Origin: Paraphysomonas bandaiensis | Lineage: Eukaryota > Protista > Chrysophyceae | DNA length: 64,000 bases | NCBI GenBank assembly: GCA_965644295.1 | Contig: CBFFRP010000108.1 | Coordinates: forward strand, 186,001 to 250,000 | Direction: 5' to 3' | In this document: piece by piece, positions 1-13,440 of the stretch | Position numbering within the stretch: the stretch's first letter is position 1 | Layout: each line of letters starts with the position of its first letter | Notes under the pieces: model-generated | The model's database searches: none | The model's input: the letters and a program-made list of their open reading frames with translations, nothing else | Told to the model about the DNA's origin: nothing | Translations under genes and position numbers: made by a program

Positions 1-633
1 TAGATTTATAGTGATAAAGTGATGTCGTGTCAATCAGTTTGCGAAACTGCAGCCAACTCCAATACACACACTGGAGTTTCTAGATATAGTAGTGAAATGA
101 ATGCTACACTGTCCATCTGTAGAGGAAGGCCAAACTGAAAATGTTGCAGACCGCAGATAAATATGGGTTTTTCCAACAGCACAGCACCATAATATTGCAA
201 TAGATACTATCTCTCAACTCTTAAGCAGCCATCGAAGCCAATCATTAATTTTGTAAAACTTAACAAACTAGTATTCTTGATCTTGTCTTACCCCATCGAC
301 TATTACTAATAACATGAAGTAACTTTTTAAGTGAAAAGAATATCTATAATGTGTTGGGACTAAACAAATGTAATTAAAGAACTGCTTTGTCTATACATTC
401 CACGAATCAAGTATGAATTTAGAATTTATACCACTTACGTATAACATATAACAAAGCGTAGAAAGGTGAATGTACAACAATAATTAACAAATATTGTTAT
501 TATTACACAATGTACTCATTTGCCTGGGTTATACCACTGACAACATATGATACACACCACCAACCTACATTAAAATAATTCTAATGTGGTAATACCCAAT
601 ACAAATACAGCATTTTTCGAAAATTATACTCCT

Positions 634-1191
634 TCATGAGCTCATCATCATATTAACATACTCCAAGTAATGAATTAATCCCGCGCTATCAGTCTCAAGT
701 TGGCTTACGAGATCGGTGGCTTGATCAGGAGTTAATTTATCTGCGCCATACGTGCACAATGCTCTAATTAAAGCGTCAGACTTTACACATCCAGGGGGAG
801 CAGTCCCTTCAAAAACCCTGAAGGCATTTTTGACTTGCTCAGCCGTGTACGTCGCATTCACCTTTCTGGACATGACCTCAACAAACTCCTCGAAATCTAT
901 TTGCCCATCACCAGAGGAGTCAATCCTAGTTACAAGAATTATAATCTTCAAGGCTATGTAACGGAATTCCATCACTTACTCGTTAATCATTAACTCGATT
1001 TCTTCCGCGGTGGCATCGATGCCGAGAGTGTCCATTAACTCTCCCAATTCTTCTTTCGTAATCGTACCACCACCATCCTACACAATAATAATTATAACAT
1101 CACTGATATGTGTTGTATTATTTACTTTGTCCACAAGGTTGAAAATCTCTCGAAACTCCGCTATCTCTTCGTCGGATAAGTGCTGAGTCAT
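634..1191 (-). CDS. Calmodulin-like EF-hand protein (151 aa, 3 exons: 1191-1126, 1077-980, 925-634)
   Basis: Splices via GT-AG introns of 48 and 54 nt to MTQHLSDEEIAEFREIFNLVDKDGGGTITKEELGELMDTLGIDATAEEIELMINEIDSSGDGQIDFEEFVEVM...; N-lobe EF-hands canonical, C-lobe degenerate. Confidence 0.92.
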
Positions 1192-1704
1192 GATAATACA
1201 GCTTCCCACACACGAATATATAGAGTTAATGTAATAGACGTAGACTAGAATGTATGTAGTGTATTTAACAAGACCTTACGTTGACTAGAGGAGACCGAGG
1301 TGTTTGTATAGTCTACAGTGTACAGTGTATGCCACCATATGTAGTGATGGAACTATCGGTTTTGTTTTATACGTATAGAGGGTAGACGGTGGAGTTTGTA
1401 GTATACGGTATATGTTGGTGTGAGTGTGCAGGTGACGATGATATGTACAGCAGTATCTAGATACAGCAGTATGGAGGGCCGTAGAATATTCTGTACTCTA
1501 TAGGTACATATACTGCGTATGTTGTATGTACTATGATTGTACGTATATTCTGTATTCCAGGATTGGTGTATACAGCAGGCAGTGATAATGCAAGTAGTTG
1601 TTTGCATGACGCAGCTTGAGCCTGCAGGGCTTTCAACATATAACTTAAACTACAATATCGCTGCATATTACGAGACGAAATTGGAGTGTAATTGAACATT
1701 TGAG

Positions 1705-2597
1705 ATGGATGTTGTGAGAGGAACTTAGTAAGTTATGGCTCTGACTGTTTTTCATATAATTTATTGCTATTATTCTATAGTTTGGGTTATATCTTAGAAG
1801 CCTACGAGTTAACTAAATTACCTGAAGATGAAAGTGTTTCCACTCACCCCGATTTCATTAAAGCAGTTGCATTTTGGATGGTATTTTTCATAGTTCTTCA
1901 TGTGTCGTTTAATACTGCTTTCACGTACTTGTTTCCGACCACCTTTCAAGCCCTCCCAGAGAAAAAGAAAATTGAGATGTCTACATATGTCATATCCACT
2001 ATTCATCATTTAGTAGTTGTTCCGATTGTGACATACTCTCTTGTTGTGGACATTAACGCTTACTATAATAACCCAGTTCCCTTCGAGGTGGATCACATGA
2101 ATAAACTTTACTCTAACTTCGGCGTGATAGCATTCTCAGTGGGTTTCTTTTGTGGAGACGGTGTAGCGTACTATATTCCAAAGACTCTTGCTGGCAGTAC
2201 TGAGGGACCAATGTATTTATTTCACCATGTTTTATCTGTAGTGATTCTCTGTTCTACTCGGCGATTCTCAGGTTCACTTCTCCAGGTCTTACCCCAATTG
2301 CTGCTTATTGAGATGTCGACTGCTTTTTTCAATATCGCGTGGCTCTGCAGATGCTTATCTAATGGCCGAATTCCAGCATTTGTTATATCTGGCCTTGAAT
2401 ATGGATTTGCTTTGACTTTCTTCCTGCTGCGTATAGTGAATGGAACGCTTATGGTAACTCTGCTCATCGACCAATTATGGGTTGCATCCAAATCCTTCAC
2501 TACAGCATATATCATGGCACTCTTATTGCAGTATTTTTGGTTTTATAAGATTATTATGTCTGTTTTTGGCGGAAGCAGAAAGAAGAAAGCTGGTTAA
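1705..2597 (+). CDS. TLC (TRAM/LAG1/CLN8) domain membrane protein
   Basis: ATG 1705, intron 1728-1780 joins ORF 1764-2597 in frame; motifs STIHH, YLFHH, LLIEMSTAFFN, FFLLRI, LQYFWF; C-terminal KKxx (KKAG). Confidence 0.85.
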
Positions 2598-3799
2598 GTG
2601 TAGCGTTGAACCAGGAAGGGTGTACTGGATTCATGCGTGAAATAGAAACAACGCTTCATAGTTGTGTATACAATAACATAATTTAGGATGAAATTGTTAT
2701 GGAGCAAGTTTTTGGATATATAGCACTTTAAACCTGGCATATACTGAAGCATATATACCTCGCTAACTCATGCTATTAAAACAATTTTGATATACAATCC
2801 TAACTCAGATATCAATTCATTTCAGTAGTCTAAACTCTAAACATATATGCATGCTCGAGTTACGACCGCTTACATTCAGCAGGTAGATTCATTCAAAGTG
2901 CGCTTGCACTTTTTTTCGATATGTTCAACATGTATTTAGGTTGATATGATTTCTTATTACATTGTGATGAATATACACTATGACTCCTGTATATGTTAAC
3001 GAATTAATCTTGTAAGTGAAAACATTGCTATCATTACAAGCTAAAAAATATTAAATTTCCGTCTCTCACCTTTACACTGTAAAGCCATGGACTTTTACAA
3101 CACCCTTTGACACGTTTTATTACATCACTATAATGATAACTATAAAGTCTTGTGCTCGAGGGTGAATCCTTGTTCTGCAAAACAATACACTGCGTAGTTA
3201 TATATTATCTGAATATCAACAGGCTGGGATGTATTAACGTAACAAGAACGGGCTGTGTCTCATACGCCTTGAGTTAGAATCTAAGCTTATCTGTGTGGAA
3301 TCTGTTGACGACCAGGACAATGCACACGACGAGAATGTGACACACTCTGTACATAGACATTATTGAATACCATATTCATGTCGTGTATCTTTCTGATCTC
3401 TATGCGTCCCGTCCCCTACATATCCAGTGCATTGTCCAGCTGCTGCTGTAGAAGTGTACGTGACACTGTATACCGCAAAATACAGCAATCCATATATTCA
3501 TAGAATCCTCCCCCATCTTTGATATACATAGCAGTATACAGCAGTACGGAGTACGTGTATGTATACCAGCATAGTATGACTATTGGAGAAAGCGACACCA
3601 TAACACACGCCTTTGTGAAGTGAGAGAAGTGAGTCATCATCCAATCAGCCTCTCGATATCTGATTATCTCTATTGCCTATCTGCACTATATCTCAACATA
3701 TCTGCTGCTCCTCCTGTTACGGCTCCTATACTGTGGTGTCATATTGTCATATATACTCACTGCATCTAGCATCACTCCTCTTATATTATAATACACACC

Positions 3800-6700
3800 A
3801 TGGCAAGCGCAGATGGTCAGAATTCCGTTCCCTTAGCATTCAAGGAGTTCAAGTATCTGAACTCCCACAGTATTAACTTTGATGTAAGTCCTTATTGTGA
3901 GTGTTTATCAGGATAACGTCGTAATAGGTACAAATTGCTATATGTCGACTAGAACTACCGGCTGACATTATCGTTAACTCGGATATGGTTCCTAAGGAAC
4001 TGTTTATTACAACGCATATATTATCCAATCAAATGGCTATGCATGATGTGTCTATGAGGTACGACCAGTCGATACATGTATGTGTTAGTTAACATATAGC
4101 AGTACGCACTATGGTGTCGCAGACTCTTTTCATAACTCACTCATTTGGGATACAGTACTGAATTTTCCTGTCAAATTTAGAGGTACTTGGCGTGAATGTA
4201 TTTTGGTTGCTAATATGCTTATATCATGTAGATTTGTGCATGAACTCTATGCTTGTTTTCACTGCATGGACTCCACAAGGAAAGCCTTTCGGTGGCACAA
4301 GCATGCGAATGTTCGACGAAGTTGGCGCTCTTAAGAGAGGAAAACAAAAGCTTATTTTCTACTTTGACAGACGGGGTGACAGTCACATTCAATCGGAGAC
4401 AATGGGAGAGTTATATGAACATTATGCTGCTTTCGATGATAATTTCCTCAAGGAAAAGAAGTTGGAGCAGTACAGGAATTCGGTAGCTTCAGGCCGTCCT
4501 GGAAGTGACGATGTACTGTTGGACTGGCTGGACAGATTAGTACTAGCCCAGGTGCAAAGTAGTATAGCCGTAGCCCGGCAGCATCAACAGCAGGACCATG
4601 ATGGGGCCGGGATAGTACTGTCACCCGAAATCCAAGACCTTCACTCCTACTGTTGTTTAGTGGTAGATATGCCTATGTTTCCACACCCCGTCCTTTTTGA
4701 GGAAAGACTTTATCCATCTGTGACCCCTCATCTGCCACGAGTGGCGGAACAAATGCTTTCTGTAGGGACAGGGGTAAGATCTGCTGGAGGAATGGGTGAG
4801 AAGGGAGAGGTATTCGAGTTCAATCTCACGGGGCGGCCTTTTTCAGGGCAAGCACTCCGACATATAGTGGACTGGGATATGGATGCTGATAGTCCGTGCG
4901 AAGACATGTACAGACGACTTGCTCATGACACCATACGCGGTCGAGGTGGGGCCGATGCTGCTCTAAAGCCAAACCTGCAAGAGAAGGAGCGGTTAGATCG
5001 TATTTTGACAACCCCAGGAGACCACTTGCGCACAGAGGATAAAGATTTAATGTATCGTTTCAGATATGTTCTTACCGAGAATAAAATGGCATTGTCGAAA
5101 TTTTTGCTCTCTGTGGATTGGTCCAGCGAGGTGGAAGTGGCAGAGTTGCCCGTGCTACTCGAGAGGTGGAAGGTACGCAAAGTTCGCATTCATGTATTTT
5201 TCGTAGTGTGAAATGTATTGTCTACCAGCGAAAGGCACCAATAGAGGTGTCAGAGGCACTCAAACTTCTCAGCGGTGGAAAAGCCTTCCAGAGTCCTATT
5301 GTGCGCAAGTATGCGGTCGATGTACTCAAAAAGGCATCAGTTGAGGAGTTGCAAGTGCTATTGCTTCAACTCGTGCAGGCACTGCGGTACGAACCTTCAT
5401 CGTCTTCTGGAGAAGAGGTACGTGGAGCTGAGGATGACGGGGGTGAAGTTGTGGGCGAATATGAATTCGCTGGTGGAAATGAAGAGAGGTCGTCTGCTGT
5501 CCCCTCTAAAGCGTCCCTTTCCCCTTTGGGTTGTTTCCTGGTGGAAAGAGCTTGCACCTCTACTACACGTGAGATATCCGTGATGTATTTGTATTTATTT
5601 GTAATTGCTTAAAAACTGTAGTGGCAAACTACTTCTACTGGTACCTCAAGGTGGAGACTGAGGATTCCAATATGGGACCAATGTTTCAAAATGTATTTCG
5701 CGTGTTTATGCACGAACTGAAGGCTGCTGGTGAGGCCGGCGCGATGATGGAGAGGAAGCTGCGTTCTCTTAACGAGTATGTGAACACTATATCGAGCTGT
5801 CAACGCACTGCACGTGAAGAAAAGGGACGCAAGGATCAAAAAGAGGCTGCCATGAGAAAACTTCTGGCGGAAAATGGGCGACAAAAACTCCCGTACGGTC
5901 TAGATGAAGTTCCAATGCCTTTGGACCCAGCTTTCGCCATAACAGGACTGGACCCCAGTACTATTTTCCTGTTTAAATCGGCTATGTATCCGGCTGTGAT
6001 TGACTTTTCGGTGACTGAGGTAAAAGGTGCAGATCCACTCATGGAGGGTGAGGGTAGTGATGATGAAGATGTGTCACCTCATGAGCACAAAAGTGATCAA
6101 GAGAGTGCTCCTAAGAGACACAGTTGTCCGGAGGATAGCTTCATCGGCGAGAGCGATGAGCATGATAGACACGTTGCTGAAGTGGCATCCACTCCTGCGG
6201 CAGTATACAAGATAATATTCAAGAGCGGGGACGACTTGCGACAAGACCAGCTGGTGATGCAGCTCATCTCTCTCATGGATGGACTACTCAAGAAAGTCAA
6301 TCTCGACCTCGGCCTACTCACGTATGGCATCCTTGCAACCGGCCCCACGGATGGGATTATGGAATTTGTACGCGGATCTACCCCAATATCTGCGGTGCTC
6401 TCTTCCTATGGTAACTCCATTCTAGCCTACCTGCAGCATCATAATCCTGATCCACGCGGGCCATACGGAGTGAAGGCACAGGCAATGGATATGTTTGTTA
6501 GGAGCTGTGCCTCTTCCTGCGTGGTTACCTATATATTGGGCATTGGAGATAGGTGGGTATTCTGTATATGAGTAGTTCTTGTATATGATTCCCATGCTCA
6601 TATACGATTGTGCTACAGTGATGCGCCTAACTGTACTGATATCACGTTTAATTTATAGGCACCTGGATAACGTCATGCTCCGCACCAACGGGCAGCTTTT

Positions 6701-7140
6701 TCACATTGACTTTGGTTTTATATTTGGTCGCGACCCAAAGCCACTTCCCCCACCGTTTAGGTTCACGAGGCCAATGGCTGATGCGATGGGGGGAGAAGAC
6801 AGCGACCACTATAAACGGTTCAAGTCTTACTGTTGCCAGGCTTACAATTGGCTAAGGAAATCTGCCAATCTTATTTTAAATCTGCTCAGTTTGATGGTAG
6901 ACGCTGGCATCCCTGATCTGTCTATCAACCAGGATGCTGCAACTGTCATGAAGAAGGTAGAAGAGAAATTCCGTTTAGATTTGACTGGTAGGTGATTATA
7001 CGAATTACATGGTGGTGCTGAGACTAATTGCAGATGAGTTGGCGGAAGTGTTTTTCCTTAGCCTCATCAATGATTCTCTCACGGCGCTGGCCCCCAGACT
7101 AATGGAGCTAGCCCATCAAATTTCTGTGGCGCGTAGGTAA
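3800..7140 (+). CDS. VPS34: Class III phosphatidylinositol 3-kinase, multi-exon
   Basis: C2, helical ([20 protein letters not shown]) and kinase domains ([43 protein letters not shown]); exons join via GT-AG introns; stop TAA 7138-7140. Confidence 0.95.
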
Positions 7141-7489
7141 ATATAATATTTCAAACGTTGAAATCAGAATGGCAGCCGTCAGTGCTTTTCGTTTGTTTGA
7201 TTTTGATAGTGGGGGCTAAGTAACCATGTAAATACCCTGATGCGTTGCAATAGTGGATTGGTGTTCTGGCAACCTTCTATGTAGTTATCGTGATTTCTTC
7301 AAGTAATAAACCATTTAAACAGTATCGCTATTTAGGCATTCCTAGAAATTTGTCCGTTTGTGTATCTATGCCATTGATTTCCGCCGCTTGGTGGGCGTTT
7401 TAAGTATATATTATTTCAAAATTAGTACTATACACTATACTTATTAAATATTTAGAGTAATTAATTAAACACTTCTCTCCATATCGCAA

Positions 7490-7735
7490 AAGGACGAAAA
7501 CAACGTCGAACAATGGATTGAAGATTTCGGGACGTTCCTTGTGCGGAAGGAATTAAATGAAGTTGTGATGGAAAGGCCCCCAAAGGAGGAGGATTTCGAG
7601 ATTCCACAACGTTGAACAAGACTGAGAATGAATCCTTCAACCAAGCCGGAAAAGAGTACTTGAAGGTCAATGCTATCGCTTACTCGTACTGTAGGGAGGT
7701 AGTGAAACGATCTCCGAAGGCGTTTCAGAACAACT
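7490..7735 (+). pseudogene. Degenerate Copia gag N-terminal fragment (copy 1)
   Basis: DENNVEQWIEDFGTFLVRKELNEVVMERPPKEEDF...[frameshift]...QAGKEYLKVNAIAYSYCREVVKRSPK; similar to the opposite-strand copy at 7740-8261. Confidence 0.65.
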
Positions 7736-7739
7736 TCTG

Positions 7740-8261
7740 TAGTCTGTAGCAGAAGAAGTTCAAAGCGTCATATTCTTCATTCACCAGTATTTCTTTCAGT
7801 CGACTGATCATAGAAATTTAGGTGATCGCTTGATTCAATGCTTGAAGTTCTCGGAGCAGCAATTCAAATCTTAAAACATATTTCTTAGCTGTTTCCTTCG
7901 TCTTCATCTCGAACGACCCGTATTGAGTCTCAACCATCTTGCGTGCACTGAACTTTTTGTCCCTTCCTTTCGCTGCTTTGAATTCCTCGTGCTTCATATG
8001 GAACTTCTGAAGCGTCTTTGGAGTTCGCTTCACCGACTCCCTGTAGAATGAATAAGCGATCGCATTTTCCTTCCAGTATTCTTTTCCGGCTTGCTTGTAT
8101 AGCGGCGAAATCCAGAAGTCCTCCTCCTTTGGTGGCCTTTCCAGCGCTACCTCACTCTATTTCTTTTGCACAAGGAACATCTCGAAGTCATCAATCCATT
8201 GTTCGACTTTGTTCTCGTCGAACCATGCCACATTGGCTCTATCCTCCGCAGCCGCTACCAT
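7740..8261 (-). pseudogene. Degenerate Copia gag (UBN2-like) fragment (copy 2)
   Basis: MVAAAEDRANVAWFDENKVEQWIDDFEMFLVQKK*...NAIAYSF...FEMKTKETAKKYVLRFELLLRELQALNQAIT*ISMISRLKEIL; pattern parallels the gag of the intact Copia at 44066; in-frame stops. Confidence 0.7.
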
Positions 8262-9032
8262 ATTGGCTTTTGAAATTGTATTTGTTTAGATCGTTAAAGA
8301 AGAGTTATGTCGTTATAGACTACTAGTAAGTAGTAGATAATATATAACATTATTACATAGGCAAGTGTGTTGTCACGTAAAATATATATATATCAATGAC
8401 ATAATTTTATACTTCTTCGCATGTCAACCGCTGATCAATGTCAACCGTACCTTGAATCGTCATAATACCTCAGTTTCACAGTTATAGCTACATAGTATTT
8501 TGACTAAGTATTACAGTTTTTTCACTTTGTATATACAGTTATATCTTGAGAAACATACGTATTCGAAAAATCGCATCCATCATCACGGTTTCATTGAGAC
8601 TTCTTCTGTTACAACTCTACAGTGACGAAATACTAATACTACTTGCCACTTGTAGTTATACGCTATTACCTACGTCGTGATTCACATAATATCCGATTAA
8701 TCAAATATCAAGCTCAATGAATATTAGCAACTTTCAAACTGTCAACTTTAAACACGCACATAGAGCAATGAAAAGTCTGGGGGAGAAAAAGGTTCAATTT
8801 TATCTTAGTTTAGAGATTTAACGAAAACTTTGCACAGCAATCACGTCACATAATGCATCACGTCAATCAACTTTTGTCAGCAATAGATTCTTCCACAACA
8901 GGTGTGCATCATAATTACAGCACAACTTAAGGTATTTACCATAATATTACACAATTATTTAGACACTATTTGTCTCCTTGTTTGTTACTATATTCACCGT
9001 CACCACTTGAGTAAACATCGGTAACTGGGTTT

Positions 9033-10394
9033 TCAGTTGTATTTTTTAAGGACTTCAACCACACGTGGGAATATATTGTCCCTAGCAGTGTCTGCCCATA
9101 TCATATCGAGGTGCTCATACAATGGCTCTTCGTGTTCATAAACACATTGTTTGAGCTGAGACACAGCCGCCTTGGCGTCGATAAGTCTATCTGCACCCCC
9201 ATAGAGAACTGCCACAGGGCATGAAATGGTGGATATATCATAGGGTCGTTCTTTTGCACCAGATTGATAGCAGTACTCTCTGCGGTTGACACAGCTGGAG
9301 TAGGAATTTTCTGGTAAGTCATCGCAGTAGCGGCAGGACTGGCTTCCTGTACTAGAAACATCGAAGCAACTCAATGCACCAGTATTAATGATCTGGAACC
9401 AGTGCATAACGCACTTCACCGAGGAGTAGGAATACGCATGCTCGAATAACTGAACACGTCTCTGTGGGGAGATATTAAGGCACGTCCAGTTGAAGAGATA
9501 GAACATAGCCTTCTCTACTGTAAATGCAAACAGACTTCGGCTAAGAAAACTGCGCCAGACTAGGCAGCTTGAAAGCATTGCACGAGTACCAAAGATACTA
9601 TATAACACGCTGTGGTTAGCGTGAATAACTTCAGAGAGCTCCGTATCGTGTAGACCTGGCGAACGCACAGCAGGGGCGAGAGCAACAAATATGGATACTT
9701 TGCTGTTGAGTCCAGCGTGACGACACAAAGCAGCGAATGCCTGTGCAGAGCCTTGGGAAAATCCAACATAGGCCAAGGAGGACCGCGAGGTTGTACGTAA
9801 GACGTAGTTTACACACGCTGGGACATCATAGTGGGCAAGGTCATCAATGCAATAGTCCCAGTAACTGTCCATATCACAAGAAAGATGGATGTGATTACAA
9901 GAATATTTGTTCCCGCGGTTGTTGCCGAGCCATACGTCATATCCTGCAGACGCCAGTGCATGAACAAAACTATCTGAACCACCGCATAGAAATGACTCTG
10001 AATCCTGCATAAGACCGTGCATGACCAGTACAGGAGGACGTGTTTCTCTTTCCGTCTCATCTACACCATAAGGCACATAACACCTGTGAATACTTAACAC
10101 AAACCCGTCCTCTGTTACGACTGTATGATCCTCAAAACACAGTCCACTCTTCTTAGCAAGATCCTCAGCTATGCTGTTTGACTCAAGTGTGTTGCCAGAT
10201 TGGAGATGGAATGAGAAGAGGGACTGCAGGAGAGGGGATCTGAAGTACATGTGGTCTAGTATCCACTGTAGATTAAAGGGCCACAGAGAGTAGAAGAGAG
10301 AAATGACACGACGAAGAGATGAGAGGAGGAGGAGCAGCAGGTGGAGGAGAAGGAGTTTCCATGTGGTGATAAGAGGGAGAAAGATGGGTTTCAT
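9033..10394 (-). CDS. AB-hydrolase lipase / sterol esterase (LIPA/Tgl1/Yeh-like); start uncertain
   Basis: TEDGFVL, MHGL, GYDVWLGNNRGN, nucleophile GFSQG, catalytic D (DRL) and H (YEHLD); hydrophobic N-terminus from MKPIFLPL (10394); frame stays open upstream to 10673. Confidence 0.9.
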   Translation of the reverse strand: MKPIFLPLITTWKLLLLHLLLLLLSSLRRVISLFYSLWPFNLQWILDHMYFRSPLLQSLFSFHLQSGNTLESNSIAEDLAKKSGLCFEDHTVVTEDGFVLSIHRCYVPYGVDETERETRPPVLVMHGLMQDSESFLCGGSDSFVHALASAGYDVWLGNNRGNKYSCNHIHLSCDMDSYWDYCIDDLAHYDVPACVNYVLRTTSRSSLAYVGFSQGSAQAFAALCRHAGLNSKVSIFVALAPAVRSPGLHDTELSEVIHANHSVLYSIFGTRAMLSSCLVWRSFLSRSLFAFTVEKAMFYLFNWTCLNISPQRRVQLFEHAYSYSSVKCVMHWFQIINTGALSCFDVSSTGSQSCRYCDDLPENSYSSCVNRREYCYQSGAKERPYDISTISCPVAVLYGGADRLIDAKAAVSQLKQCVYEHEEPLYEHLDMIWADTARDNIFPRVVEVLKKYN

Positions 10395-10487
10395 TGGATG
10401 TGATGTGAGGTGGGTTGATATTACTACAAGTATGAGATATGCTCTGTACATACACACCCCATCCATCTGACACCAGAACTGCTCTGT

Positions 10488-10716
10488 TTGTATGTATGTA
10501 TGTATGTATGTATGTATGTATGTATGTATGTATGTATGTATGTATGTATGTATGTATGTATGTATGTATGTATGTATGTATGTATGTATGTATGTATGTA
10601 TGTATGTATGTATGTATGTATGTATGTATGTATGTATGTATGTATGTATGTATGCATGTATGTATGTATGCATGTATGTATGTATGTATGTATGTATGTA
10701 TGTATGTATGTATGTA
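10488..10716. repeat. (TATG)n / (CATA)n tetranucleotide microsatellite, ~57 units
   Basis: Directly visible, with two CATG interruptions near 10655 and 10671. Confidence 0.99.
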
Positions 10717-10845
10717 CAATAGGTAGGTACGAAGGTAGGTAGGTATATGTATATGTGATAGGGAGACAGGTCATCCTTCTATAGTGTATGGTTTAGGTCT
10801 AGTATCATGGGTATGGTCGTATGGTAGGGTGTATCATTATATAAC

Positions 10846-11954
10846 ATGTCGAATATGTTAGCAAAGGCTGACCGCATATTGACTTCCATCCAATCATTTC
10901 TCGACTTCAATGACTTCACTTCCCCTCAATTCCGTCATAGTAAAGGTCTGGGTCGTGTAGGTGTAGGGGGGATGTGTGTAGGTGTAGTATGGGGCGGCTG
11001 TGTAGTAACTATCATACTATCACTCCTCATCATATACACTACACCTCAACCATACACCCTCCTCTATACACTGGTATACTCACCCCTCTCTCTCTCTTAA
11101 AGGCCTCATATCATCTGTAGGTGCACTGGAACACATATCTATTATTTCTATGTACATTTCACTGTTTAGAGTTCATTACTACAGCACTCTATCAGCCCGA
11201 CAAGGTCTCATATGACTGTACGTGTGTCTCACATGATCTTCATATACGATCTAATCTGTAATCAGCTTTTGTTATCAATCACAGTAAAACATACACAGCC
11301 GCTGCACTTATTAGCATGGTAGAGTTCTGGGTTGAGGAGATTATATTCTATGGATCTAATAAGCGCATGTGGATCATACTTATGGGCTTACTTCTAGTGG
11401 TATCTGGACAGGTCTCACTGTAGTAGTAACGTATATGGGGTATGATATTTTCTTCTAGATTGTTCGGACTGTTGCTATGAGTACATGTGGTGAGAACTTC
11501 TCACATATTATCATGAGGGATCGAGACGGAGACTCACACCATCTCGTTACAACTGGCATTTACACGTATATTTTTATTAACTTTTTCTATTGCCGCTTGA
11601 CGTCTGTTCATATAGGTATCTCAGGCACCCGTCGTATACGGGTTGGTTCTACTGGTCGATAGGAACGCAGCTGTTGTTATGCAACCCAGTATCTTTTATA
11701 CTGTACACATATGCTTCATGGAGATTCTTTCGAGATAGGTAGTTATATATGTCGCTTTCAATCCCTTTGATTTATAGAATTTGTACTTTGGTGTTTATAG
11801 GATCCCATATGAGGAAGAGGTTTTGATACAATGTTATGGCAGTGAATATATTTCATACATAAAGAAGACTGTAATAGGAATACCAATGGTATTCGGAGCA
11901 GATATATCACTTTGGGAAAAAGGAACTGGCGATAAGACCAAGAAGAATATGTAG
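10846..11954 (+). CDS. ICMT: Protein-S-isoprenylcysteine O-methyltransferase (6 exons)
   Basis: Spliced product has FHCLEFITTA..P..VSYDSFVINHS, GQIVRTVAM..CGENFSHII, HLVTTGIY.YLRHPSYTGWFYWSIGTQLLLCNP, FFRDRIPYEE..L..YG.EY..Y, IGIP; ends KKNM (KKxx). Confidence 0.93.
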
Positions 11955-13087
11955 TAGATTTCCGAAAATGTAGTTGTAGTAAAATGTGATTGGGTAACAT
12001 ATCGTGCCTGCTAATCTACTTATATACAAGATATTTTAAGCCATGGGACGGTAAACGACTGTCAAATATTAATTCAAACGGATTTTTAGTAGAGTTCTCT
12101 AGCTGCTTGATACGGAAGTACCGAAATTTGTTCGTGTTTATCTTAGGTAGAAGCTAGATAGTAGCTTTAAAAACCTGTATATATCTGATGGAACTATAAG
12201 TGCTCTATATCAACAAATTAGTCGTGAGTACGAAGTTTCCTCTTGTTACAAAATAAAACAATGAAACAAATAATTTTTCATGAGCATGAAAGTAGTGGAA
12301 CTGTACTCCAAAATCCAACCGCAAAATTTGTTATTACAGTCGTCATCATACCAGCATGGTGTTGTGGGAGCTTAAAGCACCTATGAGGTGTATATTGTAT
12401 AATGACCAAACTCTGATGTGATGACCAAACCTGAGAAAGTGATTTCACTTGATATTATTATGTATGGGAAATTGTCATATAAAAGCTTACTGCTTGTTTG
12501 AAGACAACATTGATATTACGAACATGGTAGTTGTTGTCTTTTACGTAGAAGTATTATAAAAAACATGTTAGTAAAAATAGTAATCATTAAATTATCACTA
12601 CTAAAATTAACGTAACTATAAATGAAGAAACAGTGATTAAATATTTATCACATAATTACTATACTAGATGACGCATAGTATAATTTCTATCCACTAAGCA
12701 TATATATGCTAAATGCTTACTTTTTTATGTATAGACAGCTTTTCAACACAATGTATGTGATCTATGCAACCCGTCATTTTGATCTAGCAATATGCAGACA
12801 TAAACATATAAGGTTGTGTATTATTATACATACCAGCAGTACTTTGACAATATACCAAGAGCAATGATAGAAGGCGCAAGAAGACCGGCATCACCATGAC
12901 GAACGACCGAAGGTGCCGGAGGTTCAAGTAACGGTAATAATTCAAAAGTCTTAGAAATACAGCTTTAAATCACTCAACATAGAAATTCTCAACACTCCCT
13001 CTCAATTGAAAGCTGTAGATAGATTGACATAATTGTAGGTACGCAACCACCGAATAATATAAGACAAGCTAGTGGACATATTATAGG

Positions 13088-13440
13088 AATGAATGTCTGA
13101 TTATTAGCGATAGGGGTGTGAGGGTTAGAACTACTAGTAGTATAGCAAAACAATTTAACTAACTAGTGCTTAACTCTGATATCTTACAATTTTGCGCTAC
13201 GAAAGCTACTTTTGCGTCACCGCAAGCACCAAGGTGCAACCACTTTGCTCTTTGTGACCATCCCGGATGCTTGACTTTAGTAGGCAACTCAATACCCCGG
13301 ATGCCCTTGAGGTGGGCCCATTCCATGACTCGCACCTTTTTGTAGTGTTGTAGAGGATATAAAAGCAAGCATCCGGAAATGGGCCCACCTGACGGGTAAC
13401 CGGGGTACTGCTGGGCTACCTGCTGAAGTCAAGCATCCGG
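13088..13440. repeat. Two fragments (one -, one +) of a dispersed repeat family with GC-rich ~60-bp subunits
   Basis: CAAGCATCCGGGAATGGGCCCACCTCAAGGG...CCTGCTGAAGTCAAGCATCCGG-type sequence shared with 36590-36670 and 49620-49800; the - copy runs to the family end AATCAGACATTCA. Confidence 0.8.

Noticed and set aside
10273-10774. MYVC/HTYI repeat ORFs
   Set aside because: Products of a stop-free tetranucleotide microsatellite.
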